A DNA stretch of 38,844 bases from a virus: IMG/VR virus record IMGVR_UViG_3300043958_000214, one strand, 5' to 3'. The notes under the pieces are model-generated. The model was given only the letters and a program-made list of their open reading frames with translations, had not been told where the DNA came from and ran no database searches. Numbering within the stretch: position 1 is the first letter of the stretch; every line of letters begins with the position of its first letter. Shown one piece after another: positions 17,965 to 25,819 of this stretch. The position numbers and the translations under genes were made by a program.

Positions 17965-18134
17965 TCCCCGGCCTCCTTCGCGGCGAGGAGAGCAGCACGG
18001 GCGTAGCACTTGGCACGTCGCCACAGCTGCGTGTTGTGCAGACCTGGGCTTCTCAGGAATCTCTCGTTTCCCTGCTTGCGCATGATCGCTTTCGCCGCCG
18101 CCTCGATTTGCTTTTCAGTAGGAGACTCACTCAT
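17961..18134 (-). CDS. Hypothetical 57-aa phage-type protein (MSESPTEKQIEAAAKAI...ARAALLAA)
   Basis: Manual translation; coupled to neighbours. Confidence 0.6.
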   Translation of the reverse strand: MSESPTEKQIEAAAKAIMRKQGNERFLRSPGLHNTQLWRRAKCYARAALLAAKEAGE

Positions 18135-18390
18135 GGCTCACTTCCTCCCACTCGCCGAGCCGAGCCCTTTCGACTTCTCTCATGGCGCGGCTGGCCACAC
18201 GCTCCGCTCGACGCCTTGACCGGTACGTGACGGGCTCGAATGAGAGCGGCCGATGTGGTGACCAGCAGATGCGCACCTCTTCCGTGTACCCATCGAACCT
18301 CTTCCACTTGCGGAGGCCGTCAGGCATTGACGGTTGCCACCGGCTCTTTCCAGCGCCATTACGCCACTCTGTGGCAAGACCCTCACTCAT
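18127..18390 (-). CDS. Hypothetical protein
   Basis: GAGGAGG RBS; overlapping gene chain. Confidence 0.6.
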   Translation of the reverse strand: MSEGLATEWRNGAGKSRWQPSMPDGLRKWKRFDGYTEEVRICWSPHRPLSFEPVTYRSRRRAERVASRAMREVERARLGEWEEVSHE

Positions 18391-18473
18391 CGCGGCCACC
18401 TCCTCAGCTCAATTCCTTGTATGCCCAGACGCAGCCGTACCTGCCGGGGTGCTGGGATCAGGAAGGCCCTCAC
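18387..18473 (-). CDS. 28-aa peptide, copy 2 (MRAFLIPAPRQVRLRLGIQGIELRRWPR)
   Basis: AAGGAGG RBS; GTGA/ATGA coupling; many synonymous differences from copy 1. Confidence 0.55.
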   Translation of the reverse strand: MRAFLIPAPRQVRLRLGIQGIELRRWPR

Positions 18474-18730
18474 TTCTGGCCTCCTTCGCGGATGAGGTGG
18501 GCGGCGATCTCGATGGCGCCGGGCATCATCTGACCGATGCACCCCCGCTCGATCTCCCGGGCACACTGCTCGCGTACCTCGGCGTCGTGGGCGGCGATGC
18601 CGCTATGAAACTCGGCCTTAGCCTCGGCTTCGCCCCGACTGCCGAACGGTAGATGCCCAGGGTCACCAGACGCGCGGATGATCACGTAGGCGTCGCACAT
18701 ATCCTCAACGGTCGGCGTGTAGTCACTCAT
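18470..18730 (-). CDS. Hypothetical actinophage-type protein
   Basis: MSDYTPTVED...AAHDAEVRE pattern; GGAAGGA RBS. Confidence 0.7.
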   Translation of the reverse strand: MSDYTPTVEDMCDAYVIIRASGDPGHLPFGSRGEAEAKAEFHSGIAAHDAEVREQCAREIERGCIGQMMPGAIEIAAHLIREGGQK

Positions 18731-19070
18731 GGTCGGCGTCCTTCCTGGTGAGTTGTTCGGGTAGGCACAGACACGGCTTGCGGTGAAGGTCGAAAGCAAC
18801 GAGATAGGCGACACGGGAGGTCGCGGCATGGAACTTGGCGGGCTCATAGTCGTACTCGCCGAACAGTCCGGACGCCGGAACGGAAGGGGTTGTCGTGCCC
18901 TCCGTGAGCGTGCGTTGCCCGACGACGATGCCCTCCGCGTAGGGCGGGCGTCCGTGGGTCCGATAGTCTGGGACGAGGGGACCCTCCGTGTAGCGCGTCC
19001 ACTCTTCGACGCGGACCTTCTCGACAGTGCCGGTCATTGTGACGCGGTCACCGAGCTGATACTCACTCAT
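18723..19070 (-). CDS. Hypothetical protein
   Basis: AGGAG RBS; overlapping chain. Confidence 0.7.
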   Translation of the reverse strand: MSEYQLGDRVTMTGTVEKVRVEEWTRYTEGPLVPDYRTHGRPPYAEGIVVGQRTLTEGTTTPSVPASGLFGEYDYEPAKFHAATSRVAYLVAFDLHRKPCLCLPEQLTRKDADHE

Positions 19071-19419
19071 GGTCTGCTCCTAGGTGGTTGGTGAGCGCGG
19101 TGATGGCGGCGCGTAAGCGATGCGCGAGAAGCGCACCGTCCGCACAATCAGCGTCAACGCTCCATCCGCAGACGCACGCGTACTTCGGCTTGTCGTAGGC
19201 GTGCTCGCCTGGAACCCATTCGACGAGGTGGAATCGGAACGCTTCCACGCACGTCGCCATCGTTTCCGGCATGGGGTCCTGGAGCTGGTCGAGAAGCCAC
19301 CGGACGCCGTCGACGAAGGCTGCTCTGGTATCCCGGCGCCACACCTCGGCCTTCGGGTCGGTCATGTCAGCGTTGTACCGCCGCGAGGACTCCGCACTCG
19401 CCTGGTCGATGATGCTCAT
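19063..19419 (-). CDS. Hypothetical protein
   Basis: AAGGAGG RBS; CxCG...H motif. Confidence 0.7.
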   Translation of the reverse strand: MSIIDQASAESSRRYNADMTDPKAEVWRRDTRAAFVDGVRWLLDQLQDPMPETMATCVEAFRFHLVEWVPGEHAYDKPKYACVCGWSVDADCADGALLAHRLRAAITALTNHLGADHE

Positions 19420-19592
19420 CGCCGGACCTCCTTCCACATCTCGACGTTGACGAGTGGGAATGACGCCCACTCGTCGCTGTAGGCGGTGTCGTGCGTGGTG
19501 CGAATGCGCAGAATCCCGTCCATGACCTGCACGCGATACCCGTCCACGATCTCGACGCGCCCAGACGTGAACCTGATCTCCCAGCGCCTCAT
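19416..19592 (-). CDS. Hypothetical protein
   Basis: ATGA coupling. Confidence 0.6.
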   Translation of the reverse strand: MRRWEIRFTSGRVEIVDGYRVQVMDGILRIRTTHDTAYSDEWASFPLVNVEMWKEVRR

Positions 19593-19984
19593 CGCGCACC
19601 GTCCTCGCGAATGAGAAGGGCGGCGAGGTCGAGCCCGTCGATGGTCCCGGATCGCATGTAGTAGCCCGCCAGGTCGTTCTCGGGGCGCGGGATGCAGCCT
19701 GCCTTGGTGTCGCGAAACCTCTCTACTTTCCGCGCGCACTGCTCGCGAACTTCACGGTCGTGAGCGGAGTCAACATCCCCCGGGTCTTCTGCCATGACGG
19801 GCAGGATCCAGTAGATGTTCGACCAAACCTGGTGGTCTTCGTCTTCTTCGTCAGCGGTGCGGACAAATCCGTGATGCGGCCCGGTCATTGATTGGATGGC
19901 CGATTCTCGTGTGGCATGTAGGTCGCCGTCCCAGTCGATAGCGTGCGTTTCCCTATCGACGATGACGTATCCAAGGATGCTCAT
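19589..19984 (-). CDS. Hypothetical protein
   Basis: ATGA coupling; shares AHDxEVREQCAR with 18470-18730. Confidence 0.65.
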   Translation of the reverse strand: MSILGYVIVDRETHAIDWDGDLHATRESAIQSMTGPHHGFVRTADEEDEDHQVWSNIYWILPVMAEDPGDVDSAHDREVREQCARKVERFRDTKAGCIPRPENDLAGYYMRSGTIDGLDLAALLIREDGAR

Positions 19985-20892
19985 CGCGCACCGTCCTCGT
20001 GGTCGCTGGTCCACTGCTCCATATCGTGGCGGGCGTCAGAGAGGACATCCCAGTCATCCGCGCCGTAGAGCCTGTCCAGGAGCTCGGTGGGCACGGCGGT
20101 GAGCGGGACAGCCTCATCCAAACGGTCGTCCTCCTCGTCCTCCCAAATGCCGCGATCGCGGGCGAATGTGCGCATCCTCCGGGGTGCCTTGTCATCGAGA
20201 AAGGCAAGGCCCTCCACCGGATCGCCAGTGGCCACCCCGCGCACCCAGTACAGGCCCGGCTCGGTCGGCCAAGGATCCCCAGACTCGGGCTCCTCGACGG
20301 GCGCGGGCGTCAACCACTTCGGAGCAACCCACTGATCGATAAGCTCGCCATAATTGTCGCGGGCCGTGACTTCCAGGTCGCCGTCCGCGTCCGGGCCATC
20401 CGTGATCCTGCCGGTCGTCCCCCGATTGAAGTACACGTCACCGCCGTCCACGGTCTTCGCGTCGCGGCTCACGACAACCCAGTCACCCACACGGAACTCA
20501 CGCGCGGGCTCGGGATCGGCCTCGGCCACCGGCTCCACCAGGGCGGCGGACACAAAACCCGTCCAGCCGTCACCCTCCACCCGAAGGTCCCCATCCGGAT
20601 CAGGCAAATAGATCACAGTGACGATCTCACCCACGCACGTTGCGGCACGGCCTCTACTTCCGTCGGCATACGTACCCGGATCGAGGATGCGCACCCTGTC
20701 GCCCACGCGGAACTCGCGTGCGGGCTTCTGCGAGGCGTCAACCGTGTCCCCACGGGCCTCCACTGAACTGTCAACAGAGAGTTGACAGTTCTGCTGCGCG
20801 GGATTCGGGAGTCCGTGGGTGGCGGCAAGTTCTGCGGCGATCTCCTCGGTGATCGTGGTGGCAGCTTCGTTCATATCCACGAAGTCGTTCAT
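19981..20892 (-). CDS. Hypothetical protein with two SH3/KOW-like repeats
   Basis: PAREFRVGDxV...PDxDGDLxV occurs twice; TAAGGAG RBS. Confidence 0.75.
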   Translation of the reverse strand: MNDFVDMNEAATTITEEIAAELAATHGLPNPAQQNCQLSVDSSVEARGDTVDASQKPAREFRVGDRVRILDPGTYADGSRGRAATCVGEIVTVIYLPDPDGDLRVEGDGWTGFVSAALVEPVAEADPEPAREFRVGDWVVVSRDAKTVDGGDVYFNRGTTGRITDGPDADGDLEVTARDNYGELIDQWVAPKWLTPAPVEEPESGDPWPTEPGLYWVRGVATGDPVEGLAFLDDKAPRRMRTFARDRGIWEDEEDDRLDEAVPLTAVPTELLDRLYGADDWDVLSDARHDMEQWTSDHEDGAR

Positions 20893-21017
20893 CGGTATGC
20901 TCCTTATGTCGTAATAGTCGCCCCCCCCCCCACGTGGAGAGAGCTCGGCGTGAATGCCTGCTGCTGAGCTGGCGACCGACCCGAACTACTCGGATCGTCT
21001 ACCCCAGTTGTGGGGCA

Positions 21018-21638
21018 TTAGCCAGCCTCACGCACGCCCGCCCTCAGACCGCCGGAGGCAAGCAGCGGCATCAGAAACGCGCGGACCTCGGGTCCACCCA
21101 CATTGACGGCAGCCTCGACGCGCAGGCGCCACTGTCCCGCCAGGTCAGCAAGATCGTGGGAGCCCCAGTGAGTGAGCGCGGGCTCCTCCCCCTTCAAGGC
21201 AACAGCCACGCCATGGAAGATCTCGTTGTCACGAGCAAGGATCCAGCCGTCTTCCTTCTCCCCCTCCAACAGGTCATGGACGAAGCCGAGGAGCCAACGG
21301 ATGTCGGGGTCACTAGACCGCCGGAAACGTTCATCAACTGCAGGAAGCCGGTTACGGGGGTCCTCCTCGTCAAGCCGATAATCGCGCGAGAACCGATCGT
21401 CGTGAACCGCCTGGAAGGCCCCATCCTCCACACCGGACACGATCCACTGACCGACCCGAACCGTCACCCGAGCCTTCCCCCGCCCCAGAATGAGGCACCG
21501 GTCGAGGATGGGCGTCTCTGCCCACCCTCCTTCGTCCACGATCCGCGAAGCGATCGCGACACGATCCTCGATCCGGTCAGGAACGCGAACAGCCTCGCAA
21601 AACCCCTCCGGACCCTCGTACCACTTCCATCTCACCAT
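21018..21638 (-). CDS. Hypothetical protein
   Basis: Probably leaderless; motif GTTGCCTCACAAC 6 nt upstream. Confidence 0.65.
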   Translation of the reverse strand: MVRWKWYEGPEGFCEAVRVPDRIEDRVAIASRIVDEGGWAETPILDRCLILGRGKARVTVRVGQWIVSGVEDGAFQAVHDDRFSRDYRLDEEDPRNRLPAVDERFRRSSDPDIRWLLGFVHDLLEGEKEDGWILARDNEIFHGVAVALKGEEPALTHWGSHDLADLAGQWRLRVEAAVNVGGPEVRAFLMPLLASGGLRAGVREAG

Positions 21639-21680
21639 GCCGCAGTTGTGAGGCAACGTACAGACCCACGCACACCAACC

Positions 21681-22490
21681 TCAACGGCGCTCGCGGAAGT
21701 CGGTGGTTCGACGGGTGACATAGACCTGTCCGTCGGCGGACAGGCTGGGACCATCCCCGTATATGACGACCTCTGAGCCGTCGTGGGCGATCACGGACGT
21801 CTTGCCGGAGGCGACGATGAGGGAGTCCTTCCACGCCAGTCCCGTCGCTCTCCCGCTGAGATGGGCATAGGCACCCATCTTGACGTCGACGTCCGCCAGG
21901 TCGCGGGCCTCCACGTATGCTCCCCGCCCGACCGCGACGACGTGTGCCTGGCCGGACGCGCGGCACACTCCCCGATCGCCGAGGGCGACGCGGGATCTGC
22001 TCACGGCGTTGACGAGGATCGGGCCGCGAGTGAGGACGATGCCGTTGTAGGCCGTGACGACGGGGGCGTCGTTTTCGTCGTGCGCGTCGACGAGGACGAT
22101 CCCGTCGTAGATGTCGAGGGCTACCGGTGACTGGAGTCCGCTGACGCGTAGTTTCCCGCCAGGGTAGGTCGCGGTGGTGCTCCTGGTCTTCCTGGTCGTT
22201 GGCGGGTCCACGACGATCTTGCTGATCCTGCCCGCGTTGGCGATCTGGATGGCTTCGTTTAGCGCTTTCTGGGAGCGCACCACGGCTGACCGGTCTCTCT
22301 CTACGAGTTCTGCGTTGGGGTAGGTGTTCTCGATGGACTCGCGTTGGGGGAACTGATGGGGAAGTTGGAGTGGGGCAAAGGCTCGCTCGAGTTCAACGCC
22401 CTCCGCGTCGGCGTGGTCCTTCGGGCTGTATTGGCCGACGTTGGCGGGGTTGGCGCCACGGCGGTGTTTCGTCTCGTCATATGTGCTCAT
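21681..22490 (-). CDS. Shared-leader protein 1, with C-terminal beta-solenoid-like V-x-A repeats
   Basis: Starts MSTYDETKHRRGANPANVGQYSPKDHADAEGV. Confidence 0.75.
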   Translation of the reverse strand: MSTYDETKHRRGANPANVGQYSPKDHADAEGVELERAFAPLQLPHQFPQRESIENTYPNAELVERDRSAVVRSQKALNEAIQIANAGRISKIVVDPPTTRKTRSTTATYPGGKLRVSGLQSPVALDIYDGIVLVDAHDENDAPVVTAYNGIVLTRGPILVNAVSRSRVALGDRGVCRASGQAHVVAVGRGAYVEARDLADVDVKMGAYAHLSGRATGLAWKDSLIVASGKTSVIAHDGSEVVIYGDGPSLSADGQVYVTRRTTDFRERR

Positions 22491-22608
22491 GACTCTTCTT
22501 GTGCGGCAAGTCTTGGCTTGGCCTACGTCTCCCAGGTGGGCTGCGACGTTTTGTCGGGAGGGTCGGGGGCCTGTCGCCAATTCGTTGTCGGCCAGGTGGG
22601 GCGTACTT

Positions 22609-22663
22609 CGCCACGAGAGCGCCCCACCTGGCCGTGATGGTCGGGTGGGGCGCTCTCGTGGCG
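22609..22663. terminator. Long hairpin closing the array downstream of cas8e
   Basis: CGCCACGAGAGCGCCCCACCTGGCC-GTGAT-GGTCGGGTGGGGCGCTCTCGTGGCG. Confidence 0.65.
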
Positions 22664-22749
22664 TTTCCCCTCGTGAGAGGGGATCAATGGTTGCCGTGAC
22701 GTAGTGACTTTCCAGCCACTTGGCTCACCCCCACTCTCGTGGGGATAGA
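22659..22749 (-). CRISPR. Degenerate type I-E mini-array (repeat, 33-nt spacer, repeat) downstream of cas8e
   Basis: Minus strand: TCTATCCCCACGAGAGTGGGGGTGAGCCA (22749-22721), spacer AGTGGCTGGAAAGTCACTACGTCACGGCAACCA, TTGATCCCCTCTCACGAGGGGAAACGCCA (22687-22659); 62-nt period. Orientation is not certain. Confidence 0.6.
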
Positions 22750-22774
22750 ACCAGAGTACACCGACCGCCCTACT

Positions 22775-24175
22775 TCACTGCTCGGCGGCGGGCCGTGCTT
22801 CGTTCCACTTCTTGCGGATGACGTTGGGGAGGGCTGCTGGCGGGAATCCGGGGCGGGGCGGGGGGACGGGGCCGACGATGCGTTCGACTACCCGGCAGGC
22901 GTCTTCCACCCACCGGTCCAGGGCTTTTAGGTCGAGGCGGCGTCCGCGCAGGTAGGCGAGGATCGTGGGCGCAGTCCTCGCCTCCTGCTCTTCGGTGATG
23001 TGCTGGTGCATGGTTTGGACCCAGTCGCTGGGGGCGCCGGGGCGGCGGGAGGCGCGGGCGCTGACGATGATGTGGCTGACCTCCTCCGCAATGCCGGTGA
23101 GGGATTCGACTGTGCGGGCCCGCTCGGCCAGGCCGCTCGTGGTGAGGGTGAGGGTCTGGGTCTCAATGTCATCGATGCGGGAGCGCTGGGGGCCAAACCG
23201 GGTGATGAGGGTCTGGACGTCGAGGGTGGGGGGAAGGTCTGCGGGTGGGTCCTCCAGGAGTCGGCGCACGCCCACTGGGAGGGTGGCCCCCTTGGGGAGG
23301 ATGGCGGTCCATGGCTCCCCCGCCCACTCCGCTTCGCGGGGGATGAGGTTCCCGGTTCCGGCCAGGCGCATGAGGGCGTGGGGGTCGGCCGAGCGGATGT
23401 TGGTGGAGGGGAGCTGGTCGCCGTTGGCGATGAAGGCGCCGACCGCGTGGTCGTCCGCGTCGAGGGTGAGGCGCAGGCGGCGTCCCGGCCACACCAGGAC
23501 TCTCCCCGCCCCGACCTCGCTCACCTCATAGACGCCCCTGGGACGGTCCGCCTCGTCCTCCCACATGGGGGTTTCATCCCCGCCGTTGGGCCCCTCGGGC
23601 AGGTTCCAGATGATGGTGCGGTCCAGGGTGGGGTGGATGACGAGCGTGTTCGGGGCGACGGTGAGGATTCCGGGGCCCACGGGCATGGTCTTGCCTCGCG
23701 TGGTGCGCGCGTCTCCTGCGATGCCTGAGCGGATCCCGGAGGGGTCGGCGAGCATCCGGCGCAGGAGCGCTCGGGCCGCCACGTCAGGCCCCACGGCGTG
23801 CGGGACGGTGGCGCGGTTGGTGTCCATGGTGACCAGGCGGTCCAGCCCGTCGGGGATGGTGGGGTTGGAGGGGGCCACATCGTACTGGAACGCGCGGTCC
23901 AGGTCGAAGCGTGCGCGCCAGCGGGCGAGATAGGCGCGAATCTCCTCCAGGGGCAGGCCGCCCTCCCACACCTCGCGCCACGGGCGCCCTGAGCACACGC
24001 GCCACGTGATGGAGATGAGGAGCCGCTCGATGCTGCGCGCCTCCATAGGATCGTCGCCGCCCACCATGGCGATCGCGGGCGCCTGGGAGAACACGTCGGC
24101 CAGGGAGAGGGTCGGCTGGGTGCCGTCCCGGCTGACGACGGGGATCCACGGGTCATCAACGAGATTGAACACCAC
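22775..24175 (-). CDS. cas8e: Type I-E Cascade large subunit Cas8e (Cse1/CasA), solitary and divergent
   Basis: FNLVDDPWIPV...LSLADVF, RFDL...FQ, AARALL...DPSGIRSG, TLDRTIIWNL and WPGRRLRL motifs typical of actinobacterial Cse1. Confidence 0.88.
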   Translation of the reverse strand: MVFNLVDDPWIPVVSRDGTQPTLSLADVFSQAPAIAMVGGDDPMEARSIERLLISITWRVCSGRPWREVWEGGLPLEEIRAYLARWRARFDLDRAFQYDVAPSNPTIPDGLDRLVTMDTNRATVPHAVGPDVAARALLRRMLADPSGIRSGIAGDARTTRGKTMPVGPGILTVAPNTLVIHPTLDRTIIWNLPEGPNGGDETPMWEDEADRPRGVYEVSEVGAGRVLVWPGRRLRLTLDADDHAVGAFIANGDQLPSTNIRSADPHALMRLAGTGNLIPREAEWAGEPWTAILPKGATLPVGVRRLLEDPPADLPPTLDVQTLITRFGPQRSRIDDIETQTLTLTTSGLAERARTVESLTGIAEEVSHIIVSARASRRPGAPSDWVQTMHQHITEEQEARTAPTILAYLRGRRLDLKALDRWVEDACRVVERIVGPVPPPRPGFPPAALPNVIRKKWNEARPAAEQ

Positions 24176-24178
24176 CCC

Positions 24179-24544
24179 TCACCTCCCCAACCGCTTGTAG
24201 ACGGTGGACCGGGTGACGTGGGCGCGCTCAGCGATCTGGGCGATGGGCATGCCCTGGATGTCGGCGGCGACCATCGCGCCCTGCAGGCGGTCCAGGGCGT
24301 CCAGGTACCTCATCTGGGCGGCCCGTGCCTCCTCCCCCAGATCCTCCAGCGCGCCATCTCCGAGCGCGTACTGGGCGGCCCCGACCAGCTGCTCAGCCGT
24401 CATGCCCGCCTCGTCCTCCGGGGCGTCGGGCTCCTGATCCCGGTAGATCTCACGGATGCGGGCGGCCGCCCGCTGGAAAAGCCCCTGCTGCTCCTCGGTG
24501 CCGGCCCCGTCGAGGTAGGCCAGTGTTTCTGGCGTGATGTCCAT
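24179..24544 (-). CDS. Small protein with C-terminal HTH (Aca-like regulator candidate)
   Basis: GMPIAQIAERAHVTRSTVYKRL; CAGGAG RBS; stop lies 4 nt before cas8e. Confidence 0.75.
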   Translation of the reverse strand: MDITPETLAYLDGAGTEEQQGLFQRAAARIREIYRDQEPDAPEDEAGMTAEQLVGAAQYALGDGALEDLGEEARAAQMRYLDALDRLQGAMVAADIQGMPIAQIAERAHVTRSTVYKRLGR

Positions 24545-24602
24545 GATGTGCTCCTGCCGATCGCGTGTCTGATAGGGGTGTGCGTGTGTGTATAGTGGCC
24601 TC

Positions 24603-24693
24603 AGGTCCCCCGCGTAGGCGGGGGTAGGCCGTTCTCGTCGACGGCTGGCCAAGCCAATGGCTTGAACTTCCCCGCGTATGCGGGGGATGCGGG
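24603..24693 (+). CRISPR. Type I-E mini-array (repeat, 33-nt spacer, repeat)
   Basis: AGGTCCCCCGCGTAGGCGGGGGTAGGCCG (24603-24631), spacer TTCTCGTCGACGGCTGGCCAAGCCAATGGCTTG, AACTTCCCCGCGTATGCGGGGGATGCGGG (24665-24693); TATAGT -10 at 24591-24596. Confidence 0.75.
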
Positions 24694-24727
24694 ACCCGGG
24701 CCTTCGGGCTGGGGTCCCGCTTTTCTT
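24689..24727 (+). terminator. Intrinsic terminator after the mini-array (may also serve the convergent gene)
   Basis: GCGGGACCCGGGCC-TTCG-GGCTGGGGTCCCGC followed by TTTTCTT. Confidence 0.75.
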
Positions 24728-24730
24728 GGG

Positions 24731-25300
24731 CTAGGCGATCCGCTGGGCCTGCCCGGCGGCGTCGCGCACGACCTCCACGACCGCTTCGCCGTCCGCGAGG
24801 TCCGCCCACATGGCGGCGTGGAGCCCGTCCTCCTCGCGCCACACCACCGGTGTCCGCTCGTAGTCGCCCGGGTCCTCATCGAGGACCCACTCCCACCGCA
24901 CCGCCTCGTCGATGGCCTCCGCGCATGCGCGCTCGGCCGCAGCCCCCGCGTCCTCCGCCTGGGCATCGAGGCTGGGTGAGGGCTCCAGGGCCTCCGCCCA
25001 CTCCCTGAGCGAGTCCAGGTCCTCGAGCGAGTCGATGCTCAGCACGCGCAGGAGCTCGCCGGCGTGGACGCTGCCGTCCCCGTCCTCCTCGGGCAGGGAG
25101 GCCACATCCTCGATCTGCGTCCCCTCATCGGTCAAGTAGGTCCGGGCGGCGGCGCGGGGCACCCCGTCCTCGTCGAGGTAGCGGTCCTCGCGCATGATGG
25201 CGACCCGGACCCCCTTCCAGGCGGTGGCGGGGATCGTGTGGGCGATGATGCCCTCGGGCAGTGACCAGGAGCGGACCCGGTCCTCGATCGTGGCGGTCAT
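24731..25300 (-). CDS. Acidic hypothetical protein (anti-CRISPR candidate by context)
   Basis: 189 aa, D/E rich; AAAGGA RBS. Confidence 0.7.
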   Translation of the reverse strand: MTATIEDRVRSWSLPEGIIAHTIPATAWKGVRVAIMREDRYLDEDGVPRAAARTYLTDEGTQIEDVASLPEEDGDGSVHAGELLRVLSIDSLEDLDSLREWAEALEPSPSLDAQAEDAGAAAERACAEAIDEAVRWEWVLDEDPGDYERTPVVWREEDGLHAAMWADLADGEAVVEVVRDAAGQAQRIA

Positions 25301-25312
25301 GACGTGTTCCTT

Positions 25313-25723
25313 TCAGGCGTTCCAGATGTCGTCCGCGTGGTCGCGGATCCGGGAGAAATTCTCGATGCCGGCGATCCCGGTCTCGTCCTGCCAGTCGACC
25401 AGGTCAGAGACCAGGACCAGGAACTGCTCGGTGGTCTCGGAGTCGACCAGCTCGGCGGTCTCCGGGAGGATGAGGCGCTCACCCATCCGCTCGTCGCAGG
25501 GGGTGTCCTCGGAGGCGGGGCCCTCGATGCGGACCAGGACCGGGGCGCCGGCCTCGATCGCCATGACCGAGAGGTAGGCGGCGAGCTCGGGGAGCTCGTC
25601 CATACCGGACACCCCGTGGCGGACCGCCTCGTCGTCCCCGTTCATGGGGAAGGAGTACTGCTGCTCCGGGTCGAGGAGGTCACTGAGGCTGCGGTCCTTG
25701 TCCTGCATCCGGTAGGTGATCAT
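25313..25723 (-). CDS. Acidic hypothetical protein (anti-CRISPR candidate by context)
   Basis: 136 aa, D/E rich; GAGAGGA RBS. Confidence 0.7.
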   Translation of the reverse strand: MITYRMQDKDRSLSDLLDPEQQYSFPMNGDDEAVRHGVSGMDELPELAAYLSVMAIEAGAPVLVRIEGPASEDTPCDERMGERLILPETAELVDSETTEQFLVLVSDLVDWQDETGIAGIENFSRIRDHADDIWNA

Positions 25724-25754
25724 CTCTGGGGTCCTCTCTCCCTCGCCGATGACA

Positions 25755-25796
25755 CCAGTGTATAGGGGTAGACACTCATCTGTCTACCCCTATACA
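25755..25796 (-). promoter_or_regulatory. Housekeeping-type promoter overlapped by a perfect 16-bp inverted-repeat operator
   Basis: TGTATAGGGGTAGACA-CTCATC-TGTCTACCCCTATACA (25759-25796); minus strand reads TAGACA-18 nt-TACACT. Confidence 0.7.
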
Positions 25797-25819
25797 GGGT
25801 GGCGTGTCACGATTTGATA

